Shown: positions 1 through 11,084 of the stretch, one piece after another
Layout: every line of letters starts with the position of its first letter
Numbering within the stretch: the first letter of the stretch is position 1
NCBI RefSeq assembly: GCF_001194135.2
Contig: NC_068983.1
Span: 22,380,085 to 22,416,326, forward strand
Length of the DNA stretch: 36,242 bases
Direction of reading: 5' to 3'
Source of the DNA: Octopus bimaculoides
Taxonomy: Eukaryota
Notes under the pieces: model-generated
The model's input: only the letters and a program-made list of their open reading frames with translations
The model's database searches: none
Told to the model about the DNA's origin: nothing
Position numbers and translations under genes: made by a program

Positions 1-38
<38 letters not shown>

Positions 39-70
39 AGAGAGAGGGGGAGAGAGAGAAAGAGAGAGAG
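1..70. repeat. (AG)n microsatellite
   Basis: Direct: near-perfect AG run from base 1. A similar run lies at ~890-960. Confidence 0.95.
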
Positions 71-890
71 ATAGTATCTGTTGTTTAGTGGAGCAATGAA
101 CTCTCACTAAAAGGTTATTAGAGGTTAAGGTCAGTTTTAGAAAGCTGTCACAGAAAATGAAAATGTCAAAGTTTTGATGGAGCTTTTTTTATTTAAAAAC
201 AAAAAACAATTCAAAATAAAACAAAACAACAAAAACAATTGTACATAACATAAATACTTCATTTTGTGTGTGGGGAGGGGCACAAGTATGTTTGGTTCCT
301 AAAGGCTGTGTTGATAGAGAAGATATAGAATGGTGGTGGTGGTGGTGGTAATGATGAGTAACACCAATAATGTCCAATGGGACAAGAATATAAGTGAGTG
401 GTCAGAATGGTGGCGGCAGCGGTGATGGTGGTAGTTGTATTAGTTGTAATGATGAAAACGTTGACAATGATTATGGTGGTGGTCGTCGCAGTGATGGAGA
501 CGTGGTCATCATCATGATGGGAGAGGAGAGCAGTCAGAGATGGTGCTAATTTGCAGTGGTGGCACTACTAATAGTGTCGGTATTAGAGACAGAGGAGATA
601 ATTGTAATGCCTATCATGGCAACAACAACAATTTGAATGAGGAGGAAGGGGAGAGAGCCAATTGTAATGATGTTGATGTTACTGCTAGATGTAGTGCTGA
701 TGATGTAAGCAAAAAAAAAAAAATAGAAAGAAACAGAAACAATTTCAGGCAGATGTGGTGACGGTGGTGGAGGGACCAATGAACTTGTAGCGCCCTCTCC
801 TCTCCTATATTATGCTAGAAAATGAAAACCAAATGTAAATAAAAAAAAATATTAGAAAAAAAAAACAAAGCTTAGCAAAGAGAAACATAG

Positions 891-960
<70 letters not shown>

Positions 961-1527
961 AAAGGGGATAGAGACAAGAGACTGGAGACAAACTTTAAAA
1001 CTACCACCCCACCACCCCAGTATTCTGTAGATTGAAACAGAAAAAATAACTGAGATAGAAAGGATGTGGCAGTGGTGGCAGCAGCGGTGGTGTAGTAGTA
1101 GTAGTAGTAGTGGTAGTAGTAGAAGAAGACAGCAGCTGTGTTTTGAAATGGCTAAGGAGACAGTAGACCACATCCACAAACTCAAATAGCTCACCACACC
1201 ACCAGTCTTCGCTTTTATCATCATTCATAGATCAGCAGAATCAGTGCAACTCCAGAAAAAAAGCCCAGTGATGTTTAAATTCATGTCTGTCTTCGTTACA
1301 TCCTGAGTTTAAATCTAGCTGTGTGCTTCCCAGTCTCGCGGTTCAGACCCACCGCTCACCCCTGGGTTGACCAAAGCCTTGTGAGTGAAAAAAGTTTGCT
1401 CTGTGTGAGTGTGTGTTGTCTCAACTTCACATCATGGTTGTACATATCTCTAATACAAGTGATGTTCATTTCTAGTCCTCCATGAAAACATATCCAGCAA
1501 TGGGAAATATTACTTTGCTTGGTAACA

Positions 1528-1725
1528 GAAAGGGCATCCAACTATTAGAAAACCTGCCCCAACAAAGCTGTGTCTAACCCAAACAAGCATGGAAAAGGGC
1601 ATCTGACAGCAGAAAACCTGCTCTAACAAAACTGTTTCTAACCCATGCAGGCATGGAAAAGGGCATCTGACTATAGAAAACCTGCCCTAACAAAATTGTG
1701 TCTGACTCATGCAAGCATGAAAAAG
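1528..1725 (+). repeat. ~64-bp tandem repeat, 3 copies, built from the 3' part of SINE-like family D
   Basis: Direct: three units of GAAAAGGGCATC..AGAAAACCTGC.CTAACAAA..TGT.TCTAACCCATGCAAGCATG. The motifs match family D copies at 3438-3571 and 17428-17512 (reverse complement). Confidence 0.8.
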
Positions 1726-3161
1726 GTTTACCATCAAAACGATGATGGTAATGATGATTATTGAATTTGCAATTTACTGCCTGTTTCCACTTGTCTCCCC
1801 TAAAACTCAAACTCTTCGCATTTGTATGAGCAGTTATACACTTTAACCGTTTAGCCATTAAGCTAGCTTTAATGAATCACAGCAAATTCTTCCTGAGCCA
1901 GTCACAGTTAAATTCATAAAAGACAAAAAGCTGAAGGGCTGAATGGTGGGAAATATTCCCAGTTTACATAATCTCATATGACATTATCAGCTGTTACATA
2001 TTAAAATCTGCTGCTCCTATCACAACAAAGCATTTTAATAGTAGTAGTAGCAGCAGCAGCAACAACAACCAAGTTGCCACAAGCAACAACCCTGTAAGAA
2101 TCAAGTTGCTTATCTCAAATTAGATCTCTTATTTGTGCTTCTTATGATCCAAGAAAGCAAAGTATCACTGAAGCAAGCTTTGTAAGATGCAAGCAGTCTC
2201 TTAATATGAAAGAAGACACAATATTTACGATTGCAGAATTGTCACTATCATGATCATCATCACCAGCATGTTGTAAGATTAATAGTGTGATAAACCAAGG
2301 TGCTTACTGGATAAGTTAAGGGCTGATGTTATGAATGGCTTATGCAACAAAAAAAATTCTCAACGAATTGAAATCTAACTCTCAGCTAGAGAATGCTAAC
2401 AAAACCTCACCTGAAACTGTTACTGATTCACAGAGAAAAGAAAGAATGAAATTTCGCAAATTTAATTTACATTCTTAAGGGAAGATTCTAATCTTTGTAT
2501 GCAAGCAAGGGGAACAACTATGGATATGTTTTAATCTTACTTAAGCTCATCAATGCAAAACAATCTACTTAGGCCTTCTTTAATCAATCATGAATTTCTC
2601 TTTTTTATATTTTTACACATGGAAAAAAAAAATGGAGATTTTAGTGAATTGTAATTGTATAATTGAAAGTGATATATATACTAAAGAAAATAACATGTAT
2701 GTCATGAAATTTTGAAGTAATTATATGGCATATATGAAAAAGAAAATTCTCAATAAACTGAAATTTCTTTCTTAACAGGCAAAGCAGAAAGATAACAAAA
2801 AATCTCTACAAGTAATTGATAATAACGATCTAAGAAAATGGGAGATATTTTCAAGAAATTATGACTAAATTTGACAAAAATAATTCATAAGCTCAGAAGA
2901 CCTGACCTTTCTTTGTAGGCAAGGGGAACAACTATGAGTATGATTCAGTCTTACTGGAACTCATCATCAGAGCATAATGTACATAAAAAATCTTTTGGTC
3001 AGTCAATAAAGATTTTTACACACAGAAAAATAGTTATGAAGAATTTCGGCCAAATTTAATTTGCATAACAGAAAAAAAAAAATGAGTTAAAGGAAATAAC
3101 TGAAGAGGGTCAATGGTAAGGAGTTAACAGTAACAGGGACCCACAATCAGAGGCAGTTTAA

Positions 3162-3378
3162 CCCTTTATTTAAACCAGCCATGTCCAGCTAAAATAATCT
3201 ACCTATTTTATCTTAAAACCAACCAGATCTGGCCTCTCACACTTACCCTACAATATTATTTTAAAACTTAACAATCATGACATTGAAATCTCAGAGCTCT
3301 AAGGTAATGCAGGGCTAATTCAAACCAATATGAATAAATAAGCATTACATTTGACAGAATAATCTGAATGCTAAAGGA
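3162..3378 (-). mobile_element. TTAA-flanked MITE family 1 (piggyBac-like, TIR CCCTTTAGCATT)
   Basis: Direct: TTAA-CCCTTTA at the left end, AATGCTAAAGGA-TTGA at the right end. The body aligns by eye with 11224-12118 and 26139-26318. TTAA target is established for piggyBac. Confidence 0.75.
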
Positions 3379-3437
3379 TTGAAACCATACCCAGAGGCCC
3401 TGTAAAGGGTCATGGGCACTACCATTCCCTCATGATT

Positions 3438-3571
3438 CATCGCCATCATTTAATATCTATTTTCCATGCTGGCATGGATTGGACAGTTTAACAGGAATTG
3501 GTAAACCAGAAGACTTCACCAAGCTCTACTGTCTGCTTTGGCATGGCTTCTATGACTGGATACCTTTCCTA
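3438..3571 (-). mobile_element. Retroposon 3' fragment, family D ((GAT)n tail)
   Basis: Direct: CATCATTTAA..TTTTCCATGCTGGCATGG.TTGGACAG is shared with 17428-17512 and, in reverse, with 26860-27060. Confidence 0.65.
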
Positions 3572-4401
3572 ACACATATAAAACAAAAAACAAAAATCAG
3601 TGTATCAGGTGAAAATAGATCTATGGTTTTTACCTTATTATTCAGCCAACTATCTATGTGCCACATTGAACTCTGCAATCAAATCTGCCAGGAGACTAAA
3701 AACCACCACCACCATTTTCTCAATCTGTTTCCACCGCCACCATTACTATTCACTTTGTCACCACTGCTATCTTCTCCTCTATTATAATTACCTTGGAAAT
3801 TCCTATCCCCGATATAAATTTACATGTAATTGTGATTAAATATTTACTTTAATTAATTACCATTTTTATCGTCACCCATCACCATTGCTATCATCGTCAC
3901 TTATTGAATAACCAAACTCACTCAATAATCAAAACGTTATCAGGCTATCAAATGGCAACTGCAATAATCTGTGATTTCCATCACTATTTTAGTTTCTTAG
4001 CTTTGTTTTATGCTTTTGTCTGCTTTTGCTTAAGGCAATGTCAAGTAATGGCTATTCATCTAAATTTCATCATGATTACATGTGGCAAGATTGGTTACAG
4101 TGATGATGTTGGCGTTGATAGTGGTGGGGGGTTTTTTTTTAGCTTTTTTTTTTTTAATACCCTGAGAGACAATGATGTCTTTATTAGAATCATGTATGGA
4201 TGGATCATGTGCAAAACCTTGCACATTTAGTAAAAGATACAATTTGACATTTTTGCTGTATTCTATAAAAGCACAAACATTTTATGAAAGACAACAAATG
4301 GCTTCAGTTAAATTTCAGCTGCTTAGTTTCAATATCCTACCAAGCTACCATGCAGTCAAATGCAAAATAAAATTTCAGATTTCAACATTATATTATTATT
4401 A

Positions 4402-4439
<38 letters not shown>

Positions 4440-4441
<2 letters not shown>

Positions 4442-4990
4442 GGTGGCAAGCTGGCAGAATCGTTAGCACACCAGACAAAATGCTTAATGGCATTTTGTCT
4501 GTCTTTTCATTCTGAGTTCAAAATTCTGCAAAGTCAACTTTACCTTTCATCCTTTTGGGGTTGATAAAATCAGTACCAATTGAGCACTAGAGTTGATGTA
4601 ACCAATTTATTCCCTTGCTGAACTTGCTGGCCTTGTGCCAAAATTTGAAATAATAATAATAATAATAATAATCACCTACCATGCTGGATAAAAAAAAATG
4701 CTTAGTGGTATTTCGCCCATCTTTATATTCTAAATTTAGATGTTGCCAAGGTCACTTTTGTCTTTCTTTCTTTCGTGGTCAATAATAATAAGTACCTGTT
4801 GAATACTGGGGTTGATGTAATCAACTTAGACCCTCCCCTGAACCAAAAAATCTGAAACCATTATTATTACTAAGGCTCAACAGTTAGCATTCCAGACAAA
4901 CTGCTTAGTATCATTTTATCCGTCTTTGTGTTCTGAGTTCAAATTCCAGACAGATCGACTTTGCCTTTCATCTTTTCAGGGTTGATATTA
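4440..4990 (+). mobile_element. Three head-to-tail copies of tRNA-like SINE family B (4440-4650, ~4672-4860, ~4871-4990)
   Basis: Direct: A-box-like TGGCAGAATCGTTAG, B-box-like GAGTTCAAATTC, shared core GACTTTGCCTTTCATCCTTT.GGGGTTGATAA..AGTACC. Copies are separated by (AAT/TAT)n. Confidence 0.8.
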
Positions 4991-5269
4991 GTATTCGTAA
5001 ATTCCCCACCCCCTTCTGACATCTCACTTCACAAAATGGCTTAAAAGATCCATACAATACAAAAGGTACATTTATCAGTCAAAATTGGATAGTTTGACAA
5101 AGGACTTTCTTTGCATAACCCCGGGTGTCAATTTTTTTTTTTGTGATTTACTTAATTTTCATTCTTTAGTCCACATACACTTGAATTCCAAAAATATGAG
5201 GGCTCTATATTCATTTAGAAGTTTGAGCAGTAGATACTCAATATAATACTACAAAAAAAAAAAATACTT

Positions 5270-5395
5270 ACTCTTTTACTCGTTTCAGTCATTTGACTGC
5301 GGCCATGCTGAAGCACCGCCTTTAGTCAAGCAAATCGACCCCAGGACTTATCCTTTGTAAGCCTAGCACTTATTCTATCGGCCATTTTTTGCTAA
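5270..5395 (-). mobile_element. SINE family A 3' tail fragment
   Basis: Direct: TTTCAGTCATTTGACTGCGGCCATGCTG.AGCACCGCCTTTAGTC..GCAAATCGACCCCAGGACTTAT is nearly identical to 10342-10560 and 36020-36242. Confidence 0.9.
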
Positions 5396-5744
5396 TAGTT
5401 TTATATAAAGCAGTAACAAATTTTATGTAAAAAAGTAATCAGTGTTTGATTGAACCTCATACTGTAATGAACAGAGATTAAAAGATGATATACATCCTGA
5501 AATTAAATGATCTGTTACAAACAATCATAAATGGTGGGAAGTGGGGGGTTGTACTAAAGCTAAAGAAATCACACACACACACTATGGTTTCATTAGCTTT
5601 ACTCCATTTCCTCTGTGAGTGTGAGTGTGAGTAAATAGATAGTTGCATCAGAAGTAGAGCAATGAGTGAAAGAAATAACTTTGTGGGAGTTGGCTCCATC
5701 CCTCTAAGCATACAGTTAATCATGCATTCCGGTTATTATCTTTA

Positions 5745-6205
5745 GTGAAGGTCGGTGGCCTAGTTGTTAGTGAGTAGTACTCACAATCTTATAATTGTGG
5801 TTTCAATTCCCAGACCAGCCGTGCGTTGTGTTCTTGAGCAAAAACACTTCATTTCATGCTGTTCCAGTGCTCCAGTTCACTCAACAGTAAATGGGTAACC
5901 TTCCAACACATTGACATACATGAGTGAGATGGTGACTCAGGAAAATCACTTGTGTGGAGGTCCTGCAAACACTTGTATTCAGCAACCGAAAGGATAAATA
6001 GTACAATCTATACTGTGAATTCTGATTGGTAGGGATTGGTTGTTCAACTATGTTGAAGGAATAATTCTATAAAACTGCCTGTCCTATCTCCAAGGCTAAT
6101 AAAATAACTACCATACAAACTTCTGGGATTGATATAATGGACTAAAATCCTCAGATATGTTGCTCTAGCATGGCCACAACCCAGTAACTAATCAGTATAA
6201 GAAAA
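5745..6205 (+). mobile_element. Degenerate tRNA-derived SINE with CORE-like centre and a family-A-like tail
   Basis: Direct: the head GTGAAGG..GTGGCCTAGTTGTTAG...TTTCAATTCCCAGACC resembles 22977. The centre TGTGTTCTTGAGCAA.ACACTT...CAGTTCACTCAACAGTAAATGGGTA resembles the CORE-SINE motif (from memory). The tail GCTCTAGCATGGCCACA resembles family A. Confidence 0.55.
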
Positions 6206-6212
6206 CAAGTTG

Positions 6213-6374
6213 CGTGGCTGTGTGGTAAGACATCTGTTGCCTAATCACATGGTTCCAGGTTCTGTCCCATTACATGGCACCTTGGGCAAGTGTTTTCTAT
6301 ATAATAGCCTTCAGCTGACTAAAGCCATGTGAGTAGATTTGACAGATGGAAACTACAAGAAGCCTATCTCATAT

Positions 6375-6412
<38 letters not shown>

Positions 6413-6556
6413 GGTGTGTGTGAGTCTTTATTCCACCACTTGATGACAGTACTTGGCTTTCAAAATAAATGTACTAGGGTCAATTCATTCAACTAAAACA
6501 CTTCAAGGTGGTGCCCCACATGGCTGCAGTCCAATGACTGAAACAAGTAAGAGATG
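6213..6556 (+). mobile_element. SINE family A, full layout: tRNA-like head, (CA)n linker, tail
   Basis: Direct: TGGCTGTGTGGTAAG (A box) and GGTTCTGTCCCA (B box); head similar to 11342-11500 and 10856-11018. (CA)n at ~6375-6410, degenerate tail to 6556. Confidence 0.8.
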
Positions 6557-6924
6557 AAAAAAAAATTTCTAGTTTTGTTTGTAGAATAATTATGGGGGAA
6601 CCAAACACTCTAAATATCTGGCTGCATATAAGCTTCACCTCTCAACATTCTGTGTTCAAATCCAGGCAAGACCAAATTAGTCCTTTATGTTTTTTCATAG
6701 ACTATCTGATAAAATTAAGTACAGAACTATACAAGGATTAATTCAATCATCTCCCCCTCTCTCTCTTTCTTCAACATATTTATAACTATGTGCAAATATA
6801 TATAAAAACAAAAAAAAAATCAATATGCCCTCCCCACTTATTTTCAGACTGTTTGCATGCACGTGTGTTTGGTTAATCACTCATTGATAAGAGTCATATG
6901 ATGAGATGAAAACAAAATCAACCG

Positions 6925-6968
<44 letters not shown>

Positions 6969-7559
6969 CACACCTCATTTCACTGTGTGTGGGTCCTGCT
7001 GACTCAGGTCATTGTAAATTGCAGGCAAATGTTTCATAGACATAAAACTACTTCAGACAATAACAGCAAGAAATGAGGCAAAAATGACATTGTTTCTACA
7101 AAACTCAATAATTGTTGGCAGCTGAAATTCTTGATTGGTATGATTTTATCCATCTTGGATTATTGCTTTTGTTTTCAAGATGATGATTAACCTAGGGTCA
7201 GCAATGATTGATTGGTTGATCAGACGAATGATTAACACTGTAAATGCCAAAATTATCGCCTTTAGGCATATAAGAGAAACTATGTTTGTCCAATGTGTCC
7301 TTCCATTTTTGAAGCTGTAGTGTGTTGGCAGCTATGTCTTGCAAGTTGAGTAACCACAAAGTGCATGCCTATGTCTCCAATGTGTACAGGGCAGTATAGG
7401 ATGATATTTATATAACACATCAAATTTACTGTGTAGTGGGATTTGCTTCATTTTTTTTTTTTTTTTTTTTTTTCTGGTATTACTAATGATAATTTTTAAA
7501 TGAGGCACAAGACAACAAATTTCGAAGAAAGACAATTAGCTAATTAGATTAACTCTAGT

Positions 7560-8240
7560 ACTGCAACTGATCCCAGAAGGATGAGCAGCAAAGTCAACTC
7601 CAGCAGGATTTGAACTCAGATGTAATGAAATACCAAAAAGAATTTTTTTCCTGACTGTCTACAGTTTCTACTAAATCAATAACAACAGCAACAACAATAA
7701 TCCTTTCTATTATAGAAACAAGATCTGAAATTTTGGCAGGAGGGGAATAGTCGGTCCTATCGACCCCAATTTTAATTTTATCAACCCTGTAATGATGAAA
7801 GACAAAGTCAACCACAGCAGAATTTGAACTCAGAACATAAATACAAAGGTTGTCCAGCATGCTAGTGATTCTGCCAGCTCACCACCACCACCACCACAAC
7901 CACAACCACAACAACAACAACAACAACAGCAACAGCAACAGCAACAACAACAACAACAACAACAATAATAATAATAATGATGATGATGATGATGATGATG
8001 ATGATTCTGATGATTCCATTTCTAACAATCATTTCTATTAAAGGCACAAAGCCTGACATTTTGGTGGAGGGGACTAGTCAATTACATCGGCCCCAATGTT
8101 TCACTGGTACTTAATTTATCAGCCCTGAAACAATGACAGCAAAAATCAGCCTCAGCAGAATTTAAACTCAGAGCGCAAAGACAGACAAAATGTTGTGAAG
8201 CAATTTGCACAATGTGTTAATGATTCTGCCAGCCCGCCAT
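7560..8240 (-). mobile_element. Three head-to-tail copies of SINE family B (~7560-7680, ~7700-7885, ~8030-8240)
   Basis: Direct: repeated AAAGTCAAC...GCAGAATTTGAACTCAGAA and GATTCTGCCAGC, the reverse complement of the 4440 copy. Confidence 0.8.
7880..8005. repeat. Compound trinucleotide microsatellite (CAC/CAA/CAG/AAT/GAT)
   Basis: Direct. It explains the poly-H/N/D ORF at 7850-8041. Confidence 0.95.
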
Positions 8241-8262
8241 AATAATAATGATAATAATAATT

Positions 8263-8480
8263 GGTGATCTTTCGATACCAGTCCGAAATATCGGCCTTTT
8301 CCGTAAAAAGTGTTGGAGGGAAAGAGGGAAACGACGTTGTTAGGGTTAGGGAATTCCGTCCCCTAACCATAACCATAAACACTAACCCTGACACTAAAAC
8401 CCTAACCCTAACACCCTAGTGAAGATCATGCGGGTGTTACGGAAAAGGCCGATATTTCAGACTAGTACCGAAAGATCGCC
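8263..8480. mobile_element. Merlin-like non-autonomous element (MITE) with 44-bp TIRs, 8-bp TSD and internal TTAGGG/CCCTAA repeats
   Basis: Direct: TIRs 8263-8306 and 8437-8480 match at 40/44; termini GGTGA/GGCGA; TAATAATT flanks both sides (8255-8262, 8481-8488). Established: Merlin/IS1016 elements have GGNRM termini and 8-9 bp TSDs. Confidence 0.75.
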
Positions 8481-8487
8481 TAATAAT

Positions 8488-8905
8488 TTTGGCACAAGTC
8501 CTGCAATTTGGAAGGGGGTGGATAGTCGAGTAACCCTTTCAATACCAACCCACCCAAGACTACTTTGGATGTATGATACAAACTTCTTGTTTCAAAGTGA
8601 TCTAAATTCAAACCTTCAATCAAAATTCAATGTTAATTTATATTCTAAATACAAGTTTAAAGACAGTAAAGTAATTTTACTAGCACTTCATTATTTTCAA
8701 AATTACTTGAAACAAAAGCAGTGTATCTCAACAGAAATTTGGTATTGAAAGGTTTAAATCAACTGCTGTACCTAGCTGGTAATATGCTTCATCAACCTCA
8801 TCAAGATAACAGACAATGTCTAACTTAGTGAGGTGTCAATCCAGAATGTAAAGGGTCAGAAATAAACAACACAAAGCATTTTATTTATCTGATGCACCAA
8901 TAATT
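8488..8905 (-). mobile_element. SINE family B copy split by the MITE at 8534-8753
   Basis: Direct: tail TTTTGGCACAAG..GGATAGTCG stops at ~8529. A degenerate body (TTAAATCAAC..CTGGTA..ATCAACC..CAGAATGTAAAG..AAGCATTTT) resumes at 8754. Confidence 0.6.
8534..8753. mobile_element. TTAA-type MITE family 2 (TIR CCCTTTCAATACCA)
   Basis: Direct: (G)TAA-CCCTTTCAATACCA ... TGGTATTGAAAGG-T-TTAA. The body is shared with 21414-21703 and 22020-22242. Confidence 0.8.
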
Positions 8906-9033
8906 AATTACTGGTCAACAATTAATTATTGCACTTAATTACTGGTCAGAATAAGTCCACATCTTTCATAAATTTAGAGCAGAAACATTGCAGATTCATA
9001 TTAAACTTTTCTTATGTTACTCATCTGCAAATT

Positions 9034-9260
9034 CATCATTATTTTACGCATTGCATGCTCACATGTGTCCGACAGTTTGTTATGGCAGATTTTCTATGGC
9101 CAGATACCCTTCCTGTCACCAACACTCACTTGTTTCCAAGAAAGGTTTTCCTATGACACATATTTTCACAGAAGATTGGAAGCAAAGGACACCACTCATG
9201 TAACAGTGACACTTGTTTACAACCATCACACAATGTCATAGCAAGGAGACAAGCAGGCAG
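9034..9260 (-). mobile_element. Family D-related retroposon fragment
   Basis: Direct: CATCATT.TTTTACG..TTGCATGCT..CATG.GTC.GACAG...GGCCAGATACCCTTCCTGTCACCAAC resembles the 3438 copy. Confidence 0.5.
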
Positions 9261-9278
9261 GCAGGCAGACACAATGAA

Positions 9279-9430
9279 TTTCTTTCAGTTTCAATTCTTC
9301 CAAATCTGCTCACAAGGCTTTGGTTGGCTTGAGGCTATAATAGAAGTCACTTGCCCAAGGTGCCATGCAGTGGGACTGAACCTGGCACCATGTGGTTGGG
9401 AAGCAAACTTCTCACCACATCGATATGCGA
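9279..9430 (-). mobile_element. SINE family A head
   Basis: Direct: TTTCTTTCAGTTTC...CAAGGCTTTGGTTGGC...CTTGCCCAAGGTGCCATGCAGTGGGACTGAACC...CCATGTGGTTGGGAAGCAA. Confidence 0.9.
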
Positions 9431-10341
9431 GTAACAGATCAAAAGTCACAGCAACTACTCTAAGAATTTATATAATCATATTGACAGTGCTACATTTTAA
9501 AACAGCAGGCAACAGAAGAACAAGCGGAACCATATTACTAAGCCTATTATTACACAAGTTGTCAAGACAGCAATGGACATTATCATTAGGCTAGGAGCAT
9601 AAACACCGAGAAATCAAAACTCAAGTAGATACTTCTTAGATCTTGCAGTACAGTGCCATGTACATCTTATAAGCTGCTGTCATCATAACCACTACCAACA
9701 TCACCAACCAATACTACTGCTGTAACTACAAACTTCCTTCTGTATTACCAAAATCACAAACTATCATCAGTACAACCACCACCACCACCACTACTGCCAC
9801 CCTGACTACTTAATCATCACTTTGTGCTGTCTTCCTGAAGCATTAATAAAGAAAGATTAGCCAGTCTCTCAAGTAGAACCTCGTATATTTATAAGAAAAT
9901 GTCATCTAATCAATTTGAAATGTTTACAGATCACTAACAAAGTGATAATATTTTCAAGTTCCTTGTGCCTTGCTTTTTGTTCGTTGCAAAATCAAAATTT
10001 CAGGACAATATCAAATTAAGCTGGAATTTCTAGTGAGTCAACTGACCACCACCACAGAAGTTGGTTTATGCTACTGCTTTTGTTTTTGATAATGATTATT
10101 AATTAACCTAAGCCATCCGTTGACTGAGCACACAAAAGAGCTAAGATGTAAATGCTATTATCAGCCCATATATGTACATGCGAGGGACAAACATTAACGG
10201 CTGTGTCCTTCCTTTTTAAAAAACTCTAAAGTGTGACTCAAGTGAGATTCAACTGTTATTGACTGCTACAGGTTCTTTTAACCTATGAGAACATAAGTCT
10301 GGGGAATCTGTAGAAATTCCTCTCTTTTGCTCTCACATTTA

Positions 10342-10555
10342 TCTACCTGTTTACTCTTTTACTCTTTTCAGTTATTTGACTGCGGCCATGCTGGAGCACC
10401 ACCTTTAGTTGAGAAAATTGACCCCAGGACTTATTCTTTGTAAGCCTAGTACTTATTCTATCGGTCTCTTGTTGCCGAACTGCTAAGTTATGGGGACGTA
10501 AACACACCAGCATCGATTGTCAAGTGATGGTGGGGGGACAAACACAGACACACAA

Positions 10556-10586
<31 letters not shown>

Positions 10587-11018
10587 AGTCTGTCATACCG
10601 GCCATGATGAAATACCACAAGGTNNNNNNNNNNTTAACACTTTATTTCATAGTACCATCCATTTTTATTTTATATTATATACTGTATATTCCATATTCTA
10701 TATCCCAAATTGGTTTTGCAGGAATATAAATAAAACATAAAAAACAGACAGTGTTGGAACTCTTTTAAACAAAATAATATATTCCTCTATACACAATCAT
10801 ACAAAACCCCTTTTTTTTGTATTTATTTTTACTCGCATATATATATATATATAATAACGAGCTTCTTTCAGTTTCCGTCTACCAAATCCACTCATAAGGC
10901 TTTGGTTGGCCCGAGGCTATAGTAGAAGACACTTGCCCAAGGTGCCACACAGTGGAACTGAGCCCGGAACCATGTGGTTGATAAGCAAGCTACTTACCAC
11001 ACAGCCACTCCTGCGCCT
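10342..11018 (-). mobile_element. SINE family A: tail 10342-10560 and head 10856-11018, with (TA)n runs, a gap and unrelated sequence between
   Basis: Direct: both halves match other family A copies. Whether this is one interrupted element or two fragments cannot be resolved. Confidence 0.8.
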
Positions 11019-11084
11019 GTTTGTTTATTTTCCTTTCATGAAATAAAAAACAAAAAATAACAGACACACTTCCCAAATACTATT

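Noticed and set aside
189-1224. Several overlapping ORFs with poly-H/T/S/L tracts
   Set aside because: They are translations of (GGT)n, (AGT)n and (AG)n microsatellites with no recognisable domain.
1190-1228. MNDDKSEDWWCG resembles the SH3 'DWW.G' motif and is followed by a G|GTGAG donor-like site
   Set aside because: All three frames have stops immediately upstream, there is no ALYDY-type N-terminal half, and the ORF runs into microsatellite. Most likely chance.
8340-8418. Interstitial telomere or chromosome-fusion scar (head-to-head TTAGGG/CCCTAA)
   Set aside because: Only 2 perfect units on one side, and the block is enclosed by TIRs and a TSD, so it is transposon cargo.
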